DNA from: an uncultured bacterium
GTDB taxonomy: Bacteria; Patescibacteriota; Minisyncoccia; Phycocordibacterales; PALSA-1337
Assembly (NCBI GenBank): GCA_963848635.1
Contig: CAWKEA010000005.1
Coordinates: 15,275-79,274 of the forward strand
Length of the DNA stretch: 64,000 nt
Direction of reading: 5' to 3'
In this document: positions 38,324 through 48,611 of the stretch, in pieces
Layout: the number at the start of each line of letters is the position of its first letter
Position numbering within the stretch: position 1 is the first letter of the stretch
The notes under the pieces: model-generated
What the model was told of the DNA's origin: nothing
Seen by the model: only the letters and a program-made list of their open reading frames with translations
The model's database searches: none
Made by a program: the position numbers and the translations under genes

Positions 38324-41300
38324 ATGACTACAACACTCAACAACAAAAAGACGACGATGGAGATACGCGATTTCGACATCGTCAAGCTGTCGCTCGCGTC
38401 GCCGGAAAAGATAGTCGAATGGTCGTATGGCGAGGTGACAAAGCCCGAAACGATCAACTACCGCACGCAACGATCGGAAAAAAGCGGCCTGTTCGATGAG
38501 AAGATCTTCGGACCCGATCGCGATTACGAGTGCTACTGCGGCAAGTATCGCGGCATCCGCTACAAGGGCATCATCTGCGAGAAATGCGGCGTCGAACTGA
38601 CGCGCAGTATCGTGCGCCGCGATCGCATGGGCCACATCGAGCTGTCCGTGCCCGTTTCGCATATCTGGTTCCTCCGATCCATGCCGTCGCGCATCGGCCT
38701 CATCATGGGTCTTCCGACGGCCGACCTTGAAAAGGTCATATATTTTGCAGGCTACATAGTATCCAAAGTCTACGAGGATGAAAAGGAGAAGTTCCTTAAA
38801 GACCTCGATAGCGAATATAAATCAAAGGTAAAGGGCGCGAATGACGACAAGACGAAAGAAGCTCTCAAAGAGCTCCTCGTAAATGCGCGCCGCGAGATCG
38901 AGTCCATCGTCGAAGGCTTTGTCATGGACGAAGCCGTCTTCCATAAATATTCGATGAAATATGGCAGTGTTTTCGAAGCAGGCATAGGGGCCGAGGCTAT
39001 CTACACTATTCTCAAAAATATAGATCTCAAAAAGCTAAAGGCGAATCTTGAGAAGGAGCTCGAGAGCGCGGGATCGCTCGAACATGAAAAGCTCTCTCGC
39101 CGTCTTTCTCTCGTCAAATCGATGATCAAATCGAATTCCCGTCCCGAATGGATGTTCCTCGTGCGCATTCCAGTCATACCGCCAGCGCTTCGCCCAATGG
39201 TCGCCCTCGATGGCGGCAGATTTGCCACATCCGACGTCAACGACCTCTATCGCCGCGTCATCAACCGCAACAATCGTTTGGTCAAGCTCAAGGAGATTCA
39301 CGCTCCTGACGTCATCCTCCGCAACGAGAAACGCATACTCCAAGAAGCAGTCGACGCCCTCATCGATAGCTCGATTCGTCACGGCAGTGCGAACGCGGCG
39401 CAGTCCGCTTTTGCCCAAAAGCACGCCCTCAAATCGCTTTCAGATAATATAAAGAGCAAGCGCGGCCTCTTCCGCCAAAACCTCCTCGGCAAACGCGTCG
39501 ACTATTCCGGACGTTCCGTCATCGTCGTCGGCCCGGAGCTCCACCTCAACCAGTGCGGCCTGCCAAAGCACATGGCGCTCGAATTGTTCCGCCCGTTCAT
39601 CATCAAAGGCCTCCTTCAGCGCGAGCTCGCCTACAATATCCGCGGCGCGGGGCGCCTCATCGACGACCAGGCAAAAGAAGTCTGGGAGATCTTGGAAGAA
39701 GTGATCAAGGACAAGTACGTGCTTCTCAATCGCGCTCCTACCTTGCACCGCCTCGGCATCCAAGCCTTCAAACCGATCCTCATCGAAGGCAATGCCATCC
39801 AGGTGCACCCGTTGGTCTGTACCGCTTTCAACGCCGACTTTGACGGCGATCAGATGGCTGTCCACGTTCCGCTCGGCATCGAAGCTCAAGCAGAAGCTCG
39901 CGAGATCATGGCTTCGGACAAGAACATCCTCAAGCCTGGCAACGGCGATCCAACTATCATCTCAAAGCTCCTCGACATCGTCCTCGGCTGTTTCTGGATA
40001 ACCAAGACTGTCGAGAAAGGCACAGGCGAAGGCAAGGTATTCGAAAGCCCGGCTGATGCGTGTCTCGCACGAGAGTATGGCATCGTGGACTATCGTTCAA
40101 AGATCAAGGTCATGCCGGATGATTCTCAAAAATACGCCCAATTCGAAGGGAAGCTCTTCGAAACGACAGTCGGCCGCATCCTCTTTAACAATATCCTGCC
40201 GGCTGATTATCCATTCATCAACAAAGAGATCAACAAAGACAAGCTTTCCGGCATCATCGACGACCTCATAACCGCGCGCGGCGTCGGAGAGATTCCCGCC
40301 ATTCTCGACAAGGTCAAGGCGTTCGGCTTCTATTACGCCACGTATTCCGGCACAACATGGGGCATCGACGACATCGTCATCCCGAAAGGCAAGAACGAAG
40401 TCATCGGCAAAGCAAAGGTCCAGAGCGAGCTCATCGGGAAGCAATATGACGAAGGCCTTTTGACAGAAGAAGAGCGCGTCAGAAAAAACATAGAACTGTG
40501 GCACAAGGCAAAGAGCGACATCGAGAAGCTCATCCCTGGTTCGCTCGACAAGATGGGCCCTGTCTACGATATGATCACATCAAAAGCCCGCGGTTCGCTC
40601 TCCCAGATCGTCCAGATGGCCGGAATGAAAGGCCTTATCGCTTCCACTTCTGGCGAGATCATCGAGTTCCCGATCCTATCATGCTCAAAGGAGGGTTTGA
40701 CTCCTATCGAATATTTCATCACCACTCACGGCGCGCGCAAGGGTCTGACCGATACGGCTTTGAACACTGCAAAGGCCGGCTACTTGACTCGCAAGCTCTT
40801 CGTCGTGGCGCAGGACGTCATGATCAGCGAAGACGATTGCGGCACAAAAGAGAGCATCATCATAAAGAAACAGAGCGCTTCCGGCATAGAGATACCGCTA
40901 TCCAAGAACATCCGTGGCCGTGTCCTTGCCGAAGACATAGAATCTACTGACGGCAAAGTCATGTTCAAGAAAGGCCATCTTCTTTCAAAAGGGGAGGCAC
41001 AAGCAGTCGAGGCGGCTGGCATCACTTCCGTCCATGTCCGCTCGCCGCTCTCATGCAAGACGATCCGCGGAGTGTGCGCCCAATGCTACGGGCTTGACCT
41101 CGGCAAGAACGAGATGATCGCTCTCGGCGAGGCGGTCGGCACCGTCGCCGCTCAAGCCATCGGCGAGCCTGGCACACAGCTCACGATGCGTACCTTCCAC
41201 TCTGGCGGTGCGGCATCAGCGGCAGGCGACATCACAGCCGGTCTGCCTCGAGTCGAAGAGATATTCGAAAAGCGCAGTCCGAGAAATCCAGCGGTCGTCG

Positions 41301-42037
41301 CCACTGTCGACGGCATGGTTTCCGAGATCCGCGACATGAACAAAGAGAAAGTGCTCGTCGTCATCCCTGATATAGGCCATATCGCTCCTACAAAATCCAA
41401 GTCAAAGAAAAAAACGTCTGAGGATGGAAAGACCGAGGCAGTCGAATACCACTTCCACTATCGCCGCACGCCGTTCGTCAAAGTCGGCGACAAGGTAAAG
41501 AAGGGCGAGCTTTTGACTGACGGATCGGCTGATATCGACGAGATATTCGCCAATGCCGGATCAGATCGGGCGAAGGAATACGTCATCAGCGAAGTCGGAA
41601 AGATCTATGAGCTTCAAGGCGAGACTGTGTCGCGCAAGCATATCGAAGTCATCGTCAAGCAGATGTTCAGCAGAAAGCGCATCGCCGACGCAGGCGACAC
41701 GAATCTGGCGGACGGCATGGTCGTCGATGATCTTCAGCTGGCCGAAGAGAACAAGAAAGCGAAATCCGCCGACGGTTCCTCAGCCACCGCGGAGCCTATC
41801 GCTCTCGGCATCACCGAAGTATCGCTGTCGCGCAAGAGCTTCCTCTCCGCGGCATCATTCCAGCACACGACTCGCGTCCTCATCGGCAATGCCGTCCGAG
41901 GCGCCGAGGACGATCTGCAAGGCCTCATGGAGAATGTCATCATCGGCCGTCTCATTCCCGCCGGCACCGGTTACCCTGGCTCTCCAAAAGCGGCCATGAT
42001 TGAGAAAATCCGCCCGAAGGAGACGATCACTGAATAA
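38324..42037 (+). CDS. rpoC: RNA polymerase beta' subunit
   Basis: NADFDGD catalytic motif, zinc fingers and GEPGTQLTMRTFH. Confidence 0.98.
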   Translation: MTTTLNNKKTTMEIRDFDIVKLSLASPEKIVEWSYGEVTKPETINYRTQRSEKSGLFDEKIFGPDRDYECYCGKYRGIRYKGIICEKCGVELTRSIVRRDRMGHIELSVPVSHIWFLRSMPSRIGLIMGLPTADLEKVIYFAGYIVSKVYEDEKEKFLKDLDSEYKSKVKGANDDKTKEALKELLVNARREIESIVEGFVMDEAVFHKYSMKYGSVFEAGIGAEAIYTILKNIDLKKLKANLEKELESAGSLEHEKLSRRLSLVKSMIKSNSRPEWMFLVRIPVIPPALRPMVALDGGRFATSDVNDLYRRVINRNNRLVKLKEIHAPDVILRNEKRILQEAVDALIDSSIRHGSANAAQSAFAQKHALKSLSDNIKSKRGLFRQNLLGKRVDYSGRSVIVVGPELHLNQCGLPKHMALELFRPFIIKGLLQRELAYNIRGAGRLIDDQAKEVWEILEEVIKDKYVLLNRAPTLHRLGIQAFKPILIEGNAIQVHPLVCTAFNADFDGDQMAVHVPLGIEAQAEAREIMASDKNILKPGNGDPTIISKLLDIVLGCFWITKTVEKGTGEGKVFESPADACLAREYGIVDYRSKIKVMPDDSQKYAQFEGKLFETTVGRILFNNILPADYPFINKEINKDKLSGIIDDLITARGVGEIPAILDKVKAFGFYYATYSGTTWGIDDIVIPKGKNEVIGKAKVQSELIGKQYDEGLLTEEERVRKNIELWHKAKSDIEKLIPGSLDKMGPVYDMITSKARGSLSQIVQMAGMKGLIASTSGEIIEFPILSCSKEGLTPIEYFITTHGARKGLTDTALNTAKAGYLTRKLFVVAQDVMISEDDCGTKESIIIKKQSASGIEIPLSKNIRGRVLAEDIESTDGKVMFKKGHLLSKGEAQAVEAAGITSVHVRSPLSCKTIRGVCAQCYGLDLGKNEMIALGEAVGTVAAQAIGEPGTQLTMRTFHSGGAASAAGDITAGLPRVEEIFEKRSPRNPAVVATVDGMVSEIRDMNKEKVLVVIPDIGHIAPTKSKSKKKTSEDGKTEAVEYHFHYRRTPFVKVGDKVKKGELLTDGSADIDEIFANAGSDRAKEYVISEVGKIYELQGETVSRKHIEVIVKQMFSRKRIADAGDTNLADGMVVDDLQLAEENKKAKSADGSSATAEPIALGITEVSLSRKSFLSAASFQHTTRVLIGNAVRGAEDDLQGLMENVIIGRLIPAGTGYPGSPKAAMIEKIRPKETITE

Positions 42038-42098
42038 TGATCGACTTTCATTAATTAAAGTAAAACAAGGCCTGTCAGCAGGCAGGAAAAGAAAGACA

Positions 42099-42126
42099 AA
42101 AAGCGGCACGTCGAAGCCGCTTTTTT
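42099..42126 (+). terminator. Intrinsic terminator after rpoC
   Basis: AAAAGCGGC-acgtcgaa-GCCGCTTTTTT. Confidence 0.7.
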
Positions 42127-42204
42127 GCTTATATATATTTACGACACAAAATTTTTGTCAGCACGAGTTTACAATATCATCGTGCTTGATATAATTATGC
42201 CACG

Positions 42205-42852
42205 ATGAACACTCCCTTTGAAGAAAAAATGGCAACTCGGCTAGAGTCGATGACGTCGCATCTTGAATCGATCACTCGATCGATCGGTAAACTTGCCACA
42301 AAAGACGAACTAAACATCGCAGTTTCCAAGCTATCAACAAAGGACGAGCTGAGTATCGCAGTTTCCAAGCTATCAACAAAGGACGAGCTGAGTATCGCTG
42401 TTTCAAAACTTGCAACAAAAGATGAACTAGATACAGCTGTTTCTAAACTTGCAACAAAAGATGAACTGAGTATCGCTGTTTCTAAACTTGCAACAAAAGA
42501 TGAATTAGATACAGCTGTTTCCAAGCTATCAACAAAGGACGAGCTGACCATCGCTGTTTCCAATCTTGCAACGAAGGATGAGATGACGGATACCATTAAT
42601 GATGCAGTCGACAGTTTAGCCGGAGCCGTAAAGAAAGGCTTCGATGAAGTCCATGAAAAATTCACAGAAATTGACGAGAGGTTCACAAAAGTAGACGAGA
42701 GGTTCGATTCTTTGGAGAGAAAAGTCGATCGTATGAACGATAGCTTCACCAACCAGCTCGATTACTTCCAGCTCTACTATCCGACACGAAAAGAGTTCGT
42801 GGATCTTGATTCTAGAATGACGAGAGCCGAGAGAAAATTAAAAATACGGTAG
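42205..42852 (+). CDS. Coiled-coil protein with 13-aa KL(A/S)TKDEL.. tandem repeats
   Basis: Own TGATATAAT promoter, eight repeat units and a heptad tail (FTEIDERFTKVDERFDSLE). Confidence 0.8.
   Translation: MNTPFEEKMATRLESMTSHLESITRSIGKLATKDELNIAVSKLSTKDELSIAVSKLSTKDELSIAVSKLATKDELDTAVSKLATKDELSIAVSKLATKDELDTAVSKLSTKDELTIAVSNLATKDEMTDTINDAVDSLAGAVKKGFDEVHEKFTEIDERFTKVDERFDSLERKVDRMNDSFTNQLDYFQLYYPTRKEFVDLDSRMTRAERKLKIR
42289..42600 (+). repeat. 39-bp coding tandem repeat, ~8 units
   Basis: Units such as AAGCTATCAACAAAGGACGAGCTGAGTATCGCAGTTTCC with synonymous variation. Confidence 0.9.
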
Positions 42853-42860
42853 ATATTGAT

Positions 42861-44276
42861 TTAATCCTGCTTTTTCCTCAAAACGCTTCCATCGCTCGTA
42901 TCCTTGACCTCGTAGCCGCGGGATTCGATCTCGTGGCGCAAGGCGTCTGATTTTTGCCAATCTTTCGCGGCTCTAGCTTCATCGCGAGCTTCCAGAAGAG
43001 CGAAAACATCTGGAGGCAATGATTCGATGCTCGCCGGAGAATCATCGAGCTTTTCCACAACCGATAAACCAAGACCGAGGACGCGATCAAAATCGAGCAA
43101 CGTAGCGCGCTTGTCGGCAGTGGAGAGATGATGATCTTTTATCAATTGCCAGACCAAGGCGATGGCTTCAGGCATGTTTAAGTCGTCATTTATGGCTCTA
43201 CGGAACTTTTCCTGGTAATTTCCATCAATGACTCCTGCTTTGTCTGATTTAAAGCCGATAAAAGCCTCGGCGAGGCGTATAAATGCGTTTTGCGACGCAA
43301 GGACTGCCTCCAACGAGAAATTGACCAGAGAGCGATAATGAGCAGTCAAAAGCCAATATCTATATGCGAGCGGCGAGACGCGGTTCTCTTCGAGGTCGGC
43401 CAGTTTGAGGAAATTATTCTTTGATTTCGACATCTTCTCGTCGCGCACGTTCATAAATCCGCCATGGATCCAATAGTGAACGTACGGCTTGTCTGTCGCA
43501 GACTGGCTCTGGGCGATCTCGTTCGTGTGATGAGGAAAAATGAGGTCGGTGGCGCCGGTGTGGATGTCGATCGTCTCGCCAAGCGCCTTCATTGCCATAA
43601 CCGAACACTCAATATGCCAGCCAGGTCGTCCAGCACCGAATGGGGCGGCCCAAGACGGTTCGGTGTCTTCAACCGCCGGCTTTTCTTCCTTGCTCTCCTC
43701 CTTATCACTAAACTTCCACAGTGCGAAATCTTGCGGCGACTCCTTGTCGTATTCGTCGTTTGCGATGCGGCTTTTTCTCTCTGCCGCAAGCTTCAGATGT
43801 GCAAGCTCTCCGTATCCTTTTACTTTTTCGATGCTCATATATACTCCGTCATCCGCTTTATACGCAAAGCCCTTCTCGATCAGCTTTCCGATGAGCGCGA
43901 TCATGCCATCGATATTCTCCGTTGCGCGCAAGAGGATATTGGGCGTCAAGATGTTCAACGTATGTATGTCATTGAGAAAGACCTTTTCGTAGTGCCGAGT
44001 AAGTTCACCCAAGGGCTTCTTCTCGGCCTGCGACCTGCGGATCGTCTTGTCATCAACGTCTGTGATATTCATCACTTGCGTCACCTCATAATCGTTGTAT
44101 TCAAAGACTCGTCGGACGAGGTCATCCATTATGAACGTGCGCAGATTTCCAATATGCGCCGTATCGTAGACAGTCGGCCCGCAATTATATATGCCGACCT
44201 TGCCAGCTCTGATCGGCTTGAACAGATCTTTTTTGCCGGAGAGAGTGTTGTAGAGATGCATTTCAGAATTGTTCAT
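42861..44276 (-). CDS. cysS: Cysteine--tRNA ligase
   Basis: CGPTVY, HIGN, GRPGWHIEC and KMSKS. Confidence 0.96.
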   Translation of the reverse strand: MNNSEMHLYNTLSGKKDLFKPIRAGKVGIYNCGPTVYDTAHIGNLRTFIMDDLVRRVFEYNDYEVTQVMNITDVDDKTIRRSQAEKKPLGELTRHYEKVFLNDIHTLNILTPNILLRATENIDGMIALIGKLIEKGFAYKADDGVYMSIEKVKGYGELAHLKLAAERKSRIANDEYDKESPQDFALWKFSDKEESKEEKPAVEDTEPSWAAPFGAGRPGWHIECSVMAMKALGETIDIHTGATDLIFPHHTNEIAQSQSATDKPYVHYWIHGGFMNVRDEKMSKSKNNFLKLADLEENRVSPLAYRYWLLTAHYRSLVNFSLEAVLASQNAFIRLAEAFIGFKSDKAGVIDGNYQEKFRRAINDDLNMPEAIALVWQLIKDHHLSTADKRATLLDFDRVLGLGLSVVEKLDDSPASIESLPPDVFALLEARDEARAAKDWQKSDALRHEIESRGYEVKDTSDGSVLRKKQD

Positions 44277-44290
44277 TGAATTATTATATC

Positions 44291-44371
44291 AGTCGAAAGT
44301 GCCGAGTCAAAAGTCAATGCAAGAATTTCTGACGTAATGGGCTTTTGGCTAAGTACTCGGGACTTTCGACT
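44291..44371. repeat. Heptamer-periodic inverted-repeat spacer
   Basis: AGTCGAAAGTGCCGAGT / ACTCGGGACTTTCGACT (16 of 17 paired); units gtcgaaa-gtgccga-gtcaaaa-gtcaatg. Confidence 0.65.
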
Positions 44372-44372
44372 T

Positions 44373-45293
44373 TTACAGCCATTTCTTCTTTCTAAAATAC
44401 CATACCATGAACAATCCCAAGATGACCATGATGCCGCAGATTATCCAAAAATCGTTTGGTTGGCCGACGATCGGCGTATGGACGGTATTCATCGAAAAAA
44501 GCTCGGCGAACAAAGACAGTGGAAACGTCACGAAAGCCACCACAGTCAGTATCTTCATCGTCTCATTCTGTTTTGTGTTGAGAAGGGAATCATTGGTCTC
44601 TCTCAGCTCCTTTGCCAACTCATGGCCGTTGACCACAGCATCGCGAACCATAGAAAAGTTCTCTTTTATGTCGGACACATAGGGCCCGAATGTCTGGTCA
44701 AAGAAACCTCTCTTGGCTTTATCGAGGGATTCCAGCGTCTCGAAATGAGCGCGGCATGTCTGGCGGAAGTCGAGCAGTTCCCGTGATAGACCCGAAATGA
44801 CCTCGACCATCTCTTTTTCCTCGCCGGCGAATATACTATCCTCTGCGGCCGACAATTCCGCGTTCACTGATTCGATATTGTGGCGCATGTGGTGATACAT
44901 CCGCAGGGTTATGTAGTAGAAGAGATGTCCAGCATGGTCCTCGATCTTTTCTTTTTCCAGAATCGAATTCGTCTCGATGGCCTTGGCGAAATTTTCGAGT
45001 GATTCGATGGCTTTGTAATGGGCAGTGACGACAAAGTCCTTGCCGATGACAAAATCGATCTCATGGTTGATGACGACATGATGGCCATCGCGCTTTATGC
45101 GCACAGGGAACTGCAATATGAGATAAACGTAGTCCTGATAGATGACAGCTTTTGAGGATTCTGAGGGGCCGAGAAGCTCACGTGCGACGAGATGATGCAG
45201 TTTATGGGACTCGGCCACCGACTGCACTTCTTCGGCAGTCGGATTTTGCAGGTCCGTCCAGGAGACTTGGCCATACGTGTATGTTTTGATCAT
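44373..45293 (-). CDS. corA: CorA-family divalent cation transporter
   Basis: NETMKILT, FSMN (GMN variant) and a C-terminal TM ending FRKKKWL. Confidence 0.85.
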   Translation of the reverse strand: MIKTYTYGQVSWTDLQNPTAEEVQSVAESHKLHHLVARELLGPSESSKAVIYQDYVYLILQFPVRIKRDGHHVVINHEIDFVIGKDFVVTAHYKAIESLENFAKAIETNSILEKEKIEDHAGHLFYYITLRMYHHMRHNIESVNAELSAAEDSIFAGEEKEMVEVISGLSRELLDFRQTCRAHFETLESLDKAKRGFFDQTFGPYVSDIKENFSMVRDAVVNGHELAKELRETNDSLLNTKQNETMKILTVVAFVTFPLSLFAELFSMNTVHTPIVGQPNDFWIICGIMVILGLFMVWYFRKKKWL

Positions 45294-45372
45294 TGTTTCA
45301 TTATAGAGGGAAAAATGAGAAACGTCGAGTTGCTTATTAACAGCACTTTTGGGATAATAGTGCATCACATCA

Positions 45373-46647
45373 ATGGGCAGATATCCGATCAACACAAAAG
45401 TCGCAATCGCCATCATCGCGGCGGTTGTTTTAATTGCCATCTCTTTTTTCTTTGGCCGACATGAAGGCAGTCAAGAGACATTCAACAGCCTAGTTCCGGC
45501 TGGAGATTCGAGCCTCATCAGCCAGCAGGAGTTCGCCCCATTTTGGCAGGCTTGGAGTCTCCTCCAACAGAAATACGTGCTCGCGACATCGACAGCCACA
45601 GATACTCAAAACAAAGTCTATGGCGCCATCGAAGGCATGGTCGCTTCCGAAGGCGATCCGTACACGGTTTTTTTCCCGCCGGAAGAGAATTCTTTGTTCC
45701 AATCATCTATCGCAGGAACATTCCAGGGAGTCGGTATGGAGATTGATCAAAAAGTCGGCAATATCGTCGTCATAGCTCCGCTCAAGGGAAGTCCCGCCGA
45801 GAAAGCTGGCATAAAAACAGGAGATACTATTGTCTCTATCGATGGAAAATCAACAGGTGGTATGGCTGTCGATACCGCCGTTAACCTTATCAGAGGGCAA
45901 AAGGGCACAACGGTTCATTTATCCGTCCTCCACCAAGACGCGACGGCGCCAGTGGCGATCAACATAGTTCGAGACACAATCGATATCCCCACGATCGATA
46001 CCGAGGTCGAAAACGGCACTGGGAGCTCCTCAGCGACATCGACTGCCTCCGCCGCAGGCCTCCAGCCGAACGGGATCTTCATAATAAAACTGTACGAATT
46101 CACAGCTGATTCTCCTGATCTTTTTCGCGCCGCTCTGCGACAGTTTGTAGAGAGCGGGTCGCACAAGCTTGTCCTCGATCTGCGCGGCAATCCGGGCGGC
46201 TATCTCGAAGCGGCATGGGACATGGCTTCTTATTTCCTACCGGCTGGAGATGTTGTCGTCACCGAAGACTTCGGCAAGAACGGCTCGCCGCAAGTCTATT
46301 ACAGCAAAGGCTACAATATATTCAACAAGAGCCTCGATATGGTCATTCTTGTCGATAGCGGCACAGCATCAGCGGCAGAAATCCTGTCCGGCGCGCTCGA
46401 ACAGCACGGCATAGCAAAGCTGGTCGGCACAAAAACATTCGGCAAAGGATCGGTCCAGGAGCTCATCAATCTGACGCCTGACACGTCGCTCAAGGTCACG
46501 GTTGCTCGTTGGCTGACTCCAGATGGCACCAATCTGTCTGAGAATGGGCTCGTGCCTAACTTCGTCGTACCGCTCACAGCTACGTCGTCGCCGTCGAACG
46601 ATCCACAGATGGCAAAGGCTGTGCAGTTGTTGCAGGCAGAAAAATAA
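45373..46647 (+). CDS. ctpA: S41 C-terminal processing peptidase (PDZ)
   Basis: DPYT, DLRGNPGG, TASAAEI and TFGKGSVQ. Confidence 0.92.
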   Translation: MGRYPINTKVAIAIIAAVVLIAISFFFGRHEGSQETFNSLVPAGDSSLISQQEFAPFWQAWSLLQQKYVLATSTATDTQNKVYGAIEGMVASEGDPYTVFFPPEENSLFQSSIAGTFQGVGMEIDQKVGNIVVIAPLKGSPAEKAGIKTGDTIVSIDGKSTGGMAVDTAVNLIRGQKGTTVHLSVLHQDATAPVAINIVRDTIDIPTIDTEVENGTGSSSATSTASAAGLQPNGIFIIKLYEFTADSPDLFRAALRQFVESGSHKLVLDLRGNPGGYLEAAWDMASYFLPAGDVVVTEDFGKNGSPQVYYSKGYNIFNKSLDMVILVDSGTASAAEILSGALEQHGIAKLVGTKTFGKGSVQELINLTPDTSLKVTVARWLTPDGTNLSENGLVPNFVVPLTATSSPSNDPQMAKAVQLLQAEK

Positions 46648-46660
46648 TGAGACAGGAACG

Positions 46661-46736
46661 CAAAACTCAAAGTTCAAAACTCAAAATTGAGGTCTAAAAT
46701 CAGCCATTTTTCTTAAGTTTTGCACTTTGAGTTTTG
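46661..46736. repeat. Heptamer-periodic inverted-repeat spacer
   Basis: CAAAACTCAAAGTTCAAAACT / AGTTTTGCACTTTGAGTTTTG (20 of 21 paired). Confidence 0.7.
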
Positions 46737-46759
46737 AATTAATTTATAATTTAACCACC

Positions 46760-47203
46760 ATGAAAATCATTTTACTCAAAGACGTCCCAAAGCTCGGCAA
46801 GAAATATGAGGTCAAGAACGCCTCAGACGGCCATGCCATAAACTTGCTCATTCCGCGCGGATTCGCCATTCCCGCCACGCCGGAGAATCTGCATCGCATC
46901 GAAACAGAGAAAGCAAAATATGAAGGGGAACGGAAAGTCCACGAAACCCTTCTCGCCGAAAATCTGAAGGCTCTCGAGGACACTGTCTTGACTGTTTTCG
47001 GCAAAGCGAGCGACAAAGGCCACCTCTTTGCTAGCCTTCACGCGACTGACATCGTCGCCGCGCTCGCCACACAGGCGCACATACAGATCGATTCGTCGTT
47101 CATCCAGCTCGAGCATCCTATAAAAGAAGTCGGCGATCATATAATCGAAGTAAAAGGGGAAGGGAAGTCGACCAAGTTCAAAGTCATCGTGAAAGTTGCG
47201 TAA
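46760..47203 (+). CDS. rplI: 50S ribosomal protein L9
   Basis: MKIILLKDVPKLG, DGHAINLLIPRG and PIKEVG. Confidence 0.94.
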   Translation: MKIILLKDVPKLGKKYEVKNASDGHAINLLIPRGFAIPATPENLHRIETEKAKYEGERKVHETLLAENLKALEDTVLTVFGKASDKGHLFASLHATDIVAALATQAHIQIDSSFIQLEHPIKEVGDHIIEVKGEGKSTKFKVIVKVA

Positions 47204-47423
47204 TACAAGACGCTACTTTCTTTTTGAATCGTATGATCATACGATTCGGCTGGCATCAAAAGAATTATACGGCTATGATTCGTGAAAAATCGTATGATTC
47301 TACGACTCAAAATACCTTCGTTTTGAAAGAGCATACTGATCCCCCGTCTTGAATTCCGCACATCAAAAAAGCCCGATCATTGGGGCTTTTTTGATTTTCT
47401 TACTAGAAATTTTGTTCACTCAA

Positions 47424-47696
47424 TTATATGACGTGAACGATCTTTTTCCTGACCACATCGCTGTTAAAGCTCGTCTTTCTCTTTGTTCCAAATTGGACAG
47501 TGCCGTCCTTGAGCGCGAAGAGGGTATAGTCCTTGCCAACGCCGATGTTCTTACCAGGCATGATGACTGTGCCGCGCTGACGGACGATAATCTCGCCAGC
47601 CAAGGCTTTTTGGCCATTATTGAGCTTTACGCCAAGGTATTTTGGCTGTGAATCTCGGTCGTTTTTTGTTGTGCCTGCTGATTTCTTATGCGCCAT
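47424..47696 (-). CDS. rpmA: 50S ribosomal protein L27
   Basis: [19 protein letters not shown] and IIVRQRG. Confidence 0.96.
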   Translation of the reverse strand: MAHKKSAGTTKNDRDSQPKYLGVKLNNGQKALAGEIIVRQRGTVIMPGKNIGVGKDYTLFALKDGTVQFGTKRKTSFNSDVVRKKIVHVI

Positions 47697-47891
47697 GGTT
47701 TTGCTTTATTTGTCCCGTAAGTCTATCAAATAAGCCAGAAAAAGGCAAGGAAAAGGGAAGAATGAGACCAAAATCATAGATAGCCGAATACCCAATGATC
47801 ATGGATTCTATACTTCTTTACTTTTAGCTTAAACCATGGTGCAAAAACCCTTATTTTGAGCCATATTTTAATGTTTTGACGTCAAAAATCC

Positions 47892-48035
47892 TTGACAAGA
47901 TATTTGAAAGGTGCTAGGATAGTGTCACTACGAGGCTCATAAGCACCATGCTTATAAAGCCCCGTTTTAATTTATTGTGACAAACGAGAAGCATATGAGA
48001 AGGTAATCATTCTCATATTGTTCGAGTGCCGTCAC
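47892..48035 (+). promoter_or_regulatory. Sigma70 promoter and structured 5' leader
   Basis: TTGACA-17-TAGGAT; hairpins ATAAGCA-cca-TGCTTAT and ATATGAGAA/TTCTCATAT. Confidence 0.55.
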
Positions 48036-48524
48036 ATGAAAGTAACCATTATGATCGAACTTACAACCAGCATAGCTTTCCTTGTATCGTCCATATACGG
48101 CTCCGGTTCAGCAAGTACCGCTGTTGCAAGCACGACCAGTGCAGCAATTGCCTCTACGACAGCCGATTCAATAGCTACGACAACCCAAGAAACAGTCATG
48201 GACCGTAGCGCTGTGGAGGCATATATCAAAGCAGAATACACAGATACGCCTATATTGATCGCTATAGCCCAGTGCGAATCGAATTTCAGGCAATTCAACC
48301 CGGACGGCACTGTTGTCCGAGGAAAGATTGATGATCACGATGTCGGCGTCATGCAGATCAATGAGACATATTGGCTTCCAAAGTCAAAATCGCTCGGCGA
48401 TGACATATATACGATTGAAGGCAATGTAGCCTATGCCAAATACTTGTATGCAAAAAACGGCACGGATCCTTGGAATTCATCGGCAAAATGTTGGAGCCAG
48501 AGCGCACCAATAGCCGAGAAGTAA
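48036..48524 (+). CDS. Secreted lysozyme-like/SLT-domain protein
   Basis: Ser/Thr linker, IAQCES, GVMQIN, NVAYAKYLY and PW...CW. Confidence 0.8.
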   Translation: MKVTIMIELTTSIAFLVSSIYGSGSASTAVASTTSAAIASTTADSIATTTQETVMDRSAVEAYIKAEYTDTPILIAIAQCESNFRQFNPDGTVVRGKIDDHDVGVMQINETYWLPKSKSLGDDIYTIEGNVAYAKYLYAKNGTDPWNSSAKCWSQSAPIAEK

Positions 48525-48611
48525 GGGTTCTTCTTCACAGATAAATTAGAATATCTCCCAACAAAAGCGGAATAGTGTCCGCTTTTGTTTTGCATATCAC
48601 ATAAAGAAATC

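Noticed and set aside
42289-42600. CRISPR array
   Set aside because: The units are contiguous 39-mers in frame with synonymous changes and no unique spacers. No cas genes are present.
42195-42752. Antisense 185-aa repeat ORF
   Set aside because: It mirrors the plus-strand repeat gene, which has the promoter and the protein-like tail.
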